Shown in pieces: positions 1 to 6,893 of a DNA stretch of 32,000 nucleotides. Numbering within the stretch: the stretch's first letter is position 1; each line of letters starts with the position of its first letter. Below the pieces are notes generated by a model. The model was given only the letters and a program-made list of their open reading frames with translations. It made no database searches and was not told where the DNA came from. Both the position numbers and the translations under genes were made by a program. Origin of the DNA: an uncultured Chloroflexia bacterium (lineage in GTDB: Bacteria > Chloroflexota > Ktedonobacteria > Ktedonobacterales > JADMIN01); assembly GCA_963718915.1 (NCBI GenBank), contig CAVRAI010000007.1:180001-212000 (forward strand). The letters run 5' to 3'.

Positions 1-1
1 C

Positions 2-151
2 GGTATCACCGAGGGCCACAAAGAACTGCTTGCCATGATTGACCGGTGGCTGGTTCGCCTCGAAGCGGCAAAGGCGGCGAGCGTCGAGCAGGCAGAGCAG
101 ATCGAGCCAACCAACGGGGAGGGTGCGAACGATGAGGGCCAGATATCCTGA
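2..151 (+). CDS. 3' end of an upstream gene (last ~49 codons, product unknown)
   Basis: The frame is open from the window edge and reads ...GITEGHKELLAMIDRWLVRLEAAKAASVEQAEQIEPTNGEGANDEGQIS, ending at TGA 149-151. The peptide looks like a natural helical sequence. It overlaps the ATG at 132 of the next gene. By contrast, the alternative extension of the next ORF (39-131) is Arg/Ser-rich nonsense. Confidence 0.3.
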   Translation, partial: GITEGHKELLAMIDRWLVRLEAAKAASVEQAEQIEPTNGEGANDEGQIS

Positions 152-2285
152 TACGGAAGGCTATGTCGAGCGCGACGGTGTGCGCATTTTCTACGAAGTC
201 TTTGGCGAGGGGGAGCCTACCGTTCTCCTGCTTCCCAGCTGGTCAATCATCCACTCACGCTTCTGGAAGGCGCAGGTACCCTATCTCGCGCGCCACTGTC
301 GCGTCATCACCTTCGACGGGCGTGGCAACGGCAAATCGAGTCGCCCGCTCGCTCCAGCGGCCCACTCCACCGAGGAATTCGTCGCGGATGCTCTGGCGGT
401 GCTGGATGCGACCGCAACGCAGCGGGCTATGCTGGTCTCGCTTTCGATGGGCGCGCAGTGGGCGCTTCGCCTCGCCGCTGAGCATGCGGATCGTGTCGCG
501 GGAGCCGTGTTCATCGGCGCGTCGCTGCCGATTCCGCCGCGCATCGAGGCGCGCGTGGTCAACTCATTCGACGATGTGCTCGCGACCGATGAGGGCTGGG
601 CCAAGTATAACCGCCACTACTGGTTGAAGGACTATCGCGGATTTCTGGAGTTCTTCTTCGCGCAATGCTTCAACGAGCCGCATTCCACAAAACAGATCGA
701 GGACTGCGTTGGATGGGGGCTTGAGACGACGCCCGAACTGCTCATCGCCATCGAAGACGCCCCGTCACGGCGAGCGATCAACCTGGCGCACGGAGACGAG
801 AAATATGTGTATGAACTGGCGGGGCAGGTGCGCTGTCCTGTCCTCGTGATTCATGGCGATTGCGATGCCATAACTCCGCACGCGCGGGGCGTGGCGCTCG
901 CCAGGATGACTGGTGGGCGGCTGGCAACCCTCGAAGGCAGCGGGCATATCCCACTTGCGCGCGACCCGGTGAAGGTCAACCTGCTGCTGCGTGACTTCGT
1001 GGATGAGGTGCGCGCTACCTCCAGCGATTTGCTCGCGCCGTCGGAGCCGCCACGCACCATCACCTGGAAACGCGGGCGCAACCGGCAGAAACGCGCCCTC
1101 TATCTCTCGTCGCCGATTGGCCTCGGCCATGCCCAGCGAGATGTCGCCATCGCGCGGGAGCTACGGCGGCTGCACCCAGACCTTCAGATAGACTGGCTTG
1201 CGCAGGATCCGGTGACGCGCGTGCTGGAGGCGCACAGCGAGCGCATCCACCCTGCCAGCGCGTTGCTCGCCAGTGAGTCGAGCCACATCGAGAGCGAGTC
1301 CGCCGAACATGACCTGCATGCCTTCCAGGCATTGCGGCGAATGGACGAGATTCTGGTCGCCAACTATATGCTCTTCCACGACGTGGTGAGCGATGGCTCG
1401 TACGATCTGGTGGTCGGCGATGAGGCGTGGGATGTGGACTACTTCATCCACGAGAATCCCGATGAGAAGCGCACGGCCTATGTCTGGCTGACCGACTTCG
1501 TGGGCTACCTGCCGATGTCCGACGGCGGCGCGCGGGAGTCGTTCCTCACCACCGACTATAACGCCGAGATGATCGAGCATATCGAGCGCTTCCCACGGCT
1601 GCGCGACCGTTCTATCTTCGTCGGCAACCCTGACGATATCGTGCCTGACACGTTCGGCTATAATCTGCCCGAGATTCGCGCCTGGACGGAGCGCCACTAC
1701 GACTTCAGCGGCTATATCACCGGCTTCGATCCGCGCGACTTCGCCGACCGCGAGGCCCTGCGCCAGCAGCTCGGCTACCAACCCGACGAGCAGGTTTGCA
1801 TCGTCACCGTCGGCGGCTCCGGCGTTGGCCAGCATCTGCTCCGCCGTGTGATTGGCGCGTTCCCGGAGGCAAAGCGCCGCGTGCCCAATCTCCGCATGAT
1901 CGTCGTGACTGGCCCGCGCATCGAGCCAGCCTCGCTCCCCAGCGCCGATGGATTGGAAATTCGGGCGTATGTGCATGAGCTGTATCGCCACCTTGCCGCC
2001 TGCGATCTGGCGGTTGTTCAGGGCGGGCTGACAACCTGTATGGAACTGACGGCGAACAGGCGCCCATTTCTCTATTTCCCACTGCGCCACCATTTCGAGC
2101 AGAACTTCCATGTACGTCATCGCCTGGAGCGCTATAATGCCGGGCGCTGCATGGACTATGCGACGGCGACGCCTGACATGATCGCTGCGGCGATTGCGGA
2201 GGAGATCTGCCGCCCAGTGCGCTATCGCGAGGTCGAGACGGATGGCGCGGCCCGTGCGGCGGCGCGCATCGCCGAACTTATCTGA
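132..2285 (+). CDS. Fusion protein: N-terminal alpha/beta-fold hydrolase plus C-terminal GT-B (GT1/GT28, MurG-like) glycosyltransferase
   Basis: ATG at 132 is preceded by GGGGAGGG. The N-terminal half has hydrolase hallmarks (VLLLPSW oxyanion region, nucleophile elbow VSLSMGA, C-terminal GSGHIP). The C-terminal half reads YLSSPIGLGHAQRD...VTVGGSGVG...VVQGGLTTCMEL, typical of a GT-B nucleotide-sugar transferase. It is a single uninterrupted frame. Confidence 0.8.
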   Translation: MRARYPDTEGYVERDGVRIFYEVFGEGEPTVLLLPSWSIIHSRFWKAQVPYLARHCRVITFDGRGNGKSSRPLAPAAHSTEEFVADALAVLDATATQRAMLVSLSMGAQWALRLAAEHADRVAGAVFIGASLPIPPRIEARVVNSFDDVLATDEGWAKYNRHYWLKDYRGFLEFFFAQCFNEPHSTKQIEDCVGWGLETTPELLIAIEDAPSRRAINLAHGDEKYVYELAGQVRCPVLVIHGDCDAITPHARGVALARMTGGRLATLEGSGHIPLARDPVKVNLLLRDFVDEVRATSSDLLAPSEPPRTITWKRGRNRQKRALYLSSPIGLGHAQRDVAIARELRRLHPDLQIDWLAQDPVTRVLEAHSERIHPASALLASESSHIESESAEHDLHAFQALRRMDEILVANYMLFHDVVSDGSYDLVVGDEAWDVDYFIHENPDEKRTAYVWLTDFVGYLPMSDGGARESFLTTDYNAEMIEHIERFPRLRDRSIFVGNPDDIVPDTFGYNLPEIRAWTERHYDFSGYITGFDPRDFADREALRQQLGYQPDEQVCIVTVGGSGVGQHLLRRVIGAFPEAKRRVPNLRMIVVTGPRIEPASLPSADGLEIRAYVHELYRHLAACDLAVVQGGLTTCMELTANRRPFLYFPLRHHFEQNFHVRHRLERYNAGRCMDYATATPDMIAAAIAEEICRPVRYREVETDGAARAAARIAELI

Positions 2286-2517
2286 TTCATCTTCTGACGC
2301 TTCTGTTGTAGGGCGTCCTCCCGCCATCGCGGGGCGGGTGGACAGTTTGCGCGGGAGGAAGTGGCCCTGGCCAGACCGCATCTCCCCGCCGTTCCCGCAC
2401 TACTTCAACCAGGGGGGCGCGATACAAACGTGCATCGCGCCAGGGTGCGCCTGCGTCCTATCCGCAAAGCGACATGGGCAAGCGCACCGAGAACAGAGCG
2501 AAAAAGGAGAAGTACCA

Positions 2518-3138
2518 ATGGCAACCGCGGCGCCTACAACCTATTCGATGGATGGCACATTGCTGGAGGCGTGCTCTTGCGCGGCGCCTTGTCCCTGCTG
2601 GATTGGCGACGACCCGGATGGCGGTACCTGCGACGCCTTCATCGCCTATCACGTTGATCGCGGCCAGGTTCGTGGCATAGATGTTTCAGGGCTTTCGGTG
2701 GTGCTGGTCAATCAGATTCCCGGCAACGTGCTGGCTGGCAACTGGCGCACGGTCATCTACACTGATGACAGGGCGACTCCTGAGCAGCAGCAGGCGCTAC
2801 TCGACGCCTTTGGCGGCAAGCTCGGTGGCGCTCCCGCCCAGTTCGCCGCGCTGATTAGCGAGATCGTGGCCGTCCATCCCGTCCCAATCGAGCACCAGGT
2901 CGAGGGCGGCAAGGGCACGATTCGCGTCGGCCAGGTGGTCTACTCGGAGATGGCGCCCTATACCGACGCGCAGGGGCGGGCGACCTCGCTACACGAGAGT
3001 GTCTTCAGCACCATCCCAGGCTCGCCTGCCTACGTGTCGAAAGCCTCAACCCATCAGGTCAATATCCCCGAACACGGCATGACCTGGGAGTTCTCGAACC
3101 GTAATGCTATCCAGGGCGGATTCCACTTCGAAGCCTGA
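2518..3138 (+). CDS. DUF1326 family protein (Cys-rich, CSCxxPCPC motif)
   Basis: ATG at 2518 follows AAGGAGA (2503-2509). The N-terminus EACSCAAPCPCW matches the DUF1326 motif as I remember it. The ORF-track extension back to 2194 has no coding character. Confidence 0.75.
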   Translation: MATAAPTTYSMDGTLLEACSCAAPCPCWIGDDPDGGTCDAFIAYHVDRGQVRGIDVSGLSVVLVNQIPGNVLAGNWRTVIYTDDRATPEQQQALLDAFGGKLGGAPAQFAALISEIVAVHPVPIEHQVEGGKGTIRVGQVVYSEMAPYTDAQGRATSLHESVFSTIPGSPAYVSKASTHQVNIPEHGMTWEFSNRNAIQGGFHFEA

Positions 3139-3166
3139 GGCAAGACGTACGCAAAGGGGGCGCTCG

Positions 3167-3973
3167 ATGACTACCGCACAGCTCTCTGACCGACCGGCCA
3201 GTGTCAAAGCGCGCCGTCGAGCGCCTGTCCGCTGGCCCTGGGTGGTGGCCGCGCTCGCGTGGGTGGTGGCGCTGCTAGCCACCCTGCTGCGCCTGCGCTT
3301 TCTGATCGATCACCACTGGCTGATCGAGGCGAGTGGGCTGCCATGGCTGCTCGCCGCGCTGGTCTTCCTGGCATGCTGGCAGGTGATGACGCTGGCGATG
3401 ATGCTGCCCTCCAGCATGCCGATGATGAAGATGATGACCTACGCCGCGCGCAAGCAATCGCGCACCTACGCGATTATCGGCGCGTTTGTGGCGGGCTACG
3501 CGGCGATCTGGACAGCCTTCGCGCTCGTCGCCTTCACGGGCGATACATTCATCCACCGGGCGGTGGACACTTGGCCCTGGTTGGCGGCGCATTACTCTCT
3601 GATTGGCGCGGCGACGTTTACCATCGCGGGCGTCTTCCAATTCACGCCACTCAAGGAACGGTGCCTCGCCGCCTGTCGCAGCCCGCTCTCGTTCTTCATG
3701 CGCTACTATCGCGCGGGTGTTGCGCCCGCATGGCGGCTGGGCCTGCGCCACGGCCTCTTCTGCCTGGGCTGTTGCTGGGCGTTGATGCTGGTCATGTTCG
3801 GTGTTGGTATCGGCAGTCTGGCCTGGATGGCGGCGCTGGCGGGCATCATGACCATCGAGAAGGCGGTTCCGGGCGGGCGCTGGATCGGGCCGCTGGTCGG
3901 CATTGCGATGCTGGCGCTGGCGGCGCTCTGGCTCGCCCAACCCGCGTGGCTGGTCATCAGCGTCGCGGGGTGA
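3167..3973 (+). CDS. DUF2182 family predicted metal-binding integral membrane protein
   Basis: ATG at 3167 follows AAAGGGGG. The protein has multiple TM helices and the family-typical WQVMTLAMMLPSSMP motif. It sits directly downstream of DUF1326, which is the usual pairing. Confidence 0.75.
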   Translation: MTTAQLSDRPASVKARRRAPVRWPWVVAALAWVVALLATLLRLRFLIDHHWLIEASGLPWLLAALVFLACWQVMTLAMMLPSSMPMMKMMTYAARKQSRTYAIIGAFVAGYAAIWTAFALVAFTGDTFIHRAVDTWPWLAAHYSLIGAATFTIAGVFQFTPLKERCLAACRSPLSFFMRYYRAGVAPAWRLGLRHGLFCLGCCWALMLVMFGVGIGSLAWMAALAGIMTIEKAVPGGRWIGPLVGIAMLALAALWLAQPAWLVISVAG

Positions 3974-4012
3974 ATCGCATGCTCGGCCCGAACTCTTCAG
4001 CGGGGTAGCGCT

Positions 4013-4282
4013 ATGTGGAGCGCCATTGGCCGATATTTGACCTATTGCCTGGAGCGTGACACGCTGTTGCGCTCCTGTAAGACGGCGCTGGTCGTTGGCT
4101 CCATTCTGGCCGTCATCAACCACGGCCAGGAAATGCTATCTGGCCAGCTCTCGCCTCGCTGGATTGTTCCGATGCTCGTGACCTATCTCGTGCCCTTCTC
4201 GGTCGCGACCTTCGGCCAGGTTCAGGGCAAGCGCCAGCGCGACCGTGCATACTCCGAGACGCTGCCAAGAGCGAAAGAGTGA
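4013..4282 (+). CDS. NrtS-like small membrane protein (putative nitrate/nitrite transporter family)
   Basis: The 89-aa product reads ...TALVVGSILAVINHGQEML...MLVTYLVPFSVATFGQV, which resembles the NrtS family consensus as I recall it. It has two predicted TM segments. Confidence 0.55.
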   Translation: MWSAIGRYLTYCLERDTLLRSCKTALVVGSILAVINHGQEMLSGQLSPRWIVPMLVTYLVPFSVATFGQVQGKRQRDRAYSETLPRAKE

Positions 4283-4538
4283 GGACGTCGCGTAGCGCAA
4301 CGACGAGGTAATTTCATTAGGGGGACATGGTCTGCCATTGCCTTTTGTCACTTTTTGTCATGACGGAGGGGAATACGCCGCTGCCCTTTATCGACACAAC
4401 CAGGCTTCTGGCGCACAAGGCGCTAGAGCATGCCCTGCAAGAGGATACCGAATAATCTGTGGGGACGATCACCTGCACGCATCAGCGGCAGTAGCGTCGT
4501 CCCCCTGCGGCAACAACAAGACGAAGCTCAGGGCGCTA

Positions 4539-4754
4539 TCAGGAGCCGCCCTCATACTTGAACGAGACTTCGAGCTTGATACGGTAGGTCAGCGGCTGAC
4601 CTTCCTCGACGTGAATGTCCTGTTCGATGACACGTCCCACGCGCAGATCGCGCAGGCTGTGCTTTGCCATCGTGAGCGCGGCGTTCGCAGCTTTCTCCCA
4701 CGACTCTGTACTCGTCCCAACGAGCGTTATGACCTTATAGACGCTTTCTGCCAT
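4539..4754 (-). CDS. Dodecin family flavin-binding protein
   Basis: The product MAESVYKVITLVGTSTESWEKAANAALTMAKHSLRDLRVGRVIEQDIHVEEGQPLTYRIKLEVSFKYE is a classic dodecin sequence. ATG at 4754 is preceded by AAGGAGA. The longer start at 4787 is less likely. Confidence 0.85.
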   Translation of the reverse strand: MAESVYKVITLVGTSTESWEKAANAALTMAKHSLRDLRVGRVIEQDIHVEEGQPLTYRIKLEVSFKYEGGS

Positions 4755-4869
4755 GTGCTTCTCCTTTGGCCCGGCGCGTGCGCTCACACGCTTTGCCCGG
4801 CGTCACCTAAACACACGCGAGAACTGCCGACACCTCCCTTCCGTGCTGAAGTTGATTGGTCGCATGCCA

Positions 4870-5343
4870 TCATGATGGTTGTCCTAGCAGCATCGCCAGC
4901 GTATCGGCGACCAGCGCGGGCTTCTCCTCGCCCTCGATCTCGACGGTGTGGCGCGAGGTCACCAGCACGCGCCCGCCGCCTTTATCTTCGACGTTGACGA
5001 GCGTGATGTGGTCGCGGATGCGCGCGCCCGCCTTCACTGGCGCGATGAAGCGCACGCGGTCGGCGCCATAGTTGAGGCCCGCGGTGACCCCATCGGGCAG
5101 CGTGCCCACCTGGAACTGCATCATCGGCAGCAGTGACAATGTCAGGTAGCCATGGGCAATCGTGCCGCCGAACGGACTCTCGCGTGTGGCGCGCTCGACA
5201 TCCACATGGATCCACTGGTGGTCGCCAGTGCAGTCGGCGAAGTCGTTGATGCGCTGCTGGTCCACCGTGACCCAGTCCGAGACGCCAAGCTCTTTGCCCA
5301 CGAAATCGCGAATGGTTGCGAGCGTATAGCCTTCCAGTGCCAC
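4870..5343 (-). CDS. MaoC-like (R)-specific enoyl-CoA hydratase / dehydratase
   Basis: The hot-dog fold motif DHQWIHVDVERATRESPFGGTIAHGYLTLSL is present. GTG at 5343 is preceded by CAGGAGAG at 7-nt spacing. The ORF-track start at 5364 (GTG) has no RBS. Confidence 0.85.
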   Translation of the reverse strand: MALEGYTLATIRDFVGKELGVSDWVTVDQQRINDFADCTGDHQWIHVDVERATRESPFGGTIAHGYLTLSLLPMMQFQVGTLPDGVTAGLNYGADRVRFIAPVKAGARIRDHITLVNVEDKGGGRVLVTSRHTVEIEGEEKPALVADTLAMLLGQPS

Positions 5344-5538
5344 GTTGCCACTCTCCTGTTTCACTTGGATGCCCGGCGCGTAAACGCGCGGCTAAGGGCC
5401 TTCTCTCGAAGTCCGCAAAGGCCGCCTTCGCGGACTCCAGAGCGCGTGGTTTCTGGGTAATCCCTGGAGCCTGCGCAGGCAGGCTTCGCGGACGCGCACG
5501 CGCGTCCCTTAGGCACGGCTTTAGCCGCCAGCCGTCTG

Positions 5539-6777
5539 CTACACAAAAGCGCTGAAGCCGGTGACGGCCCGCCCGACGATCAGCGTATTCATCTCGCGGG
5601 TGCCCTCATACGAGTAGATCGCCTCGGCGTCGGCCACGAAGCGCCCCACCTGATTTTCCAGCAGGATGCCGTTGCCGCCCAGTAGCTCGCGCGCGAAGCC
5701 GACCGTCTCGCGACACTTGCTTGTGCAAAACGCCTTCGCCAGTGAGGCGTGTTCGTCGTTCATCACGCCCGCGTCCTGCATCTGCGAGAGCCGCAGCACC
5801 ATGCACTGTGACGCGGTGATGTTGCCCAGCATGCCCACCAGCAAGTCCTGCACGAGCTGGAAACTGGCGATGGGTTTGCCAAACTGTTTGCGCTTCTGCG
5901 CGTAGGCCAGCGCGTGCTCGTACGCGCCCATCGCGCAGCCGACCGCCTGCCACGCGACCCCCGCCCGCGTCATCCGCAGCACGGCCGCCGTATCGCGGAA
6001 CGAGCGCGCATTTTGCAGGCGATTCGCCTCCGTGACGCGGCAGTCTTTAAGCGTAATCAGCGCGTTCTGGACGACCCGCAGCGCCATCTTGTCTTCCATC
6101 TTCGTGGCGGTGAAGCCGGGCGTCCCCTTCTCGACCAGGAAGCCCTTCACCTGATTGTCGGCCTCATCGCGCGCCCAGATGATCGTGACATCGGCGAAGG
6201 TGGCGTTGCCGATCCACTTCTTCTGCCCATTGAGCACCCATTCGTCGCCCTCGCGGCGCGCCGTGGTCGTCAGGCCGCCCGATGCCCCTGAGCCAACGTC
6301 TGGCTCCGTCAGCCCGAAGGCGCCAATCTTCTCCATCCGCCGCATCACCGGGAGCCATTGCTGCTTCTGCTCTTCGGAGCCGCAGAGATAGATGCTGCCC
6401 ATCGCCAGACCGCTGTGGACGCCGAAGAACGTGGCAATCGAGGGGTCAATCCGCGCCATCTCAACGGCGATCAGGCCGTCCAGCACTGTCGTCTTCCCCG
6501 CGCAGCCGTAGCCTGTGTAGGAGATGCCCGCAATGTCGAGCGCGGCCATCCTGGGAATCAGCTCGAAGGGGAAGGCGGCGCGTATCCAGTAGTCGTTGAT
6601 GATTGGCGCGACCTCGGCCTCCATGAAGGCGCGCACCCGCGCCAGGATCGCCTTATCGTCCTCGCTCACAGTAGTGGCGATACTGTAGAAATCACCGGTA
6701 ACGGCTGGCAGTTGCCGCTGGGCATGCGCATCTGGGCGCGGCGCTGTGTCTGGCTTCTTGACTCTGGTTGTACCCAC
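5539..6777 (-). CDS. Acyl-CoA dehydrogenase (glutaryl-CoA dehydrogenase-like)
   Basis: ACAD motifs are present: GLTEPDVGSGASG, WIGNATFADV, QFGKPIASFQLVQ and YEGTREMNTLIVGRAVTG. GTG at 6777 is preceded by AAGGAG at 7-nt spacing. The ATG at 6873 would add a non-homologous 32-aa leader. Confidence 0.85.
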   Translation of the reverse strand: MGTTRVKKPDTAPRPDAHAQRQLPAVTGDFYSIATTVSEDDKAILARVRAFMEAEVAPIINDYWIRAAFPFELIPRMAALDIAGISYTGYGCAGKTTVLDGLIAVEMARIDPSIATFFGVHSGLAMGSIYLCGSEEQKQQWLPVMRRMEKIGAFGLTEPDVGSGASGGLTTTARREGDEWVLNGQKKWIGNATFADVTIIWARDEADNQVKGFLVEKGTPGFTATKMEDKMALRVVQNALITLKDCRVTEANRLQNARSFRDTAAVLRMTRAGVAWQAVGCAMGAYEHALAYAQKRKQFGKPIASFQLVQDLLVGMLGNITASQCMVLRLSQMQDAGVMNDEHASLAKAFCTSKCRETVGFARELLGGNGILLENQVGRFVADAEAIYSYEGTREMNTLIVGRAVTGFSAFV

Positions 6778-6893
6778 CCGCGCAGCTCCTTTCAACGGTT
6801 GACGTAGCTGAAAAGTGAACACACTGTCAGCATACGACACAGAGGCGGCTGTCGTCCCGCCGGAGCACGACATGCGGAGCGAGGCCTCCGAAA

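Noticed and set aside
39-131. A 31-codon N-terminal extension (TTG at 39) of the hydrolase-glycosyltransferase ORF.
   Set aside because: The extension reads MTGGWFASKRQRRRASSRQSRSSQPTGRVRT, which is non-homologous basic junk. The same DNA reads as a sensible C-terminus of an upstream gene in another frame, and ATG 132 has a good SD.
1161-2381. Long antisense or alternative-frame ORFs in the track. Examples are 1161-2381(-), 3275-4123(-), 3259-4008(+), 18204-18968(-), 18251-18979(-), 18988-19872(+), 20472-21170(-), 21321-22205(-), 24797-25570(-), 25838-26569(-), 27507-28412(-), 27935-28627(-) and 9469-10269(-).
   Set aside because: They lie opposite or overlapping genes with clear family motifs. 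Their products are Arg/Ala/Gly/Pro-rich low-complexity sequence with no recognisable domains. Such shadow ORFs are expected in high-GC DNA because stop codons are rare.
4360-4455. A 31-codon ORF (MTEGNTPLPFIDTTRLLAHKALEHALQEDTE) in the gap between the NrtS-like and dodecin genes.
   Set aside because: It has no SD, no recognisable family and no comparative evidence, so it is probably a chance ORF in a convergent intergenic region.
5365-5538. GC-rich hairpins between the acyl-CoA dehydrogenase and MaoC genes (GGACGCGC-ac-GCGCGTCC; GTCCGCAAAGG...CCTTCGCGGAC), considered as a repeat family or riboswitch.
   Set aside because: They are short local palindromes with no U-tract and no second copy in the window. 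They are compatible with simple intercistronic structure or weak termination and do not merit a feature call.
6778-6873. ATG 6873 as the start of the acyl-CoA dehydrogenase.
   Set aside because: It adds 32 residues (MSCSGGTTAASVSYADSVFTFQLRQPLKGAAR) with no homology or SD, whereas GTG 6777 is preceded by AAGGAG at ideal spacing. I keep it as an alternative only.
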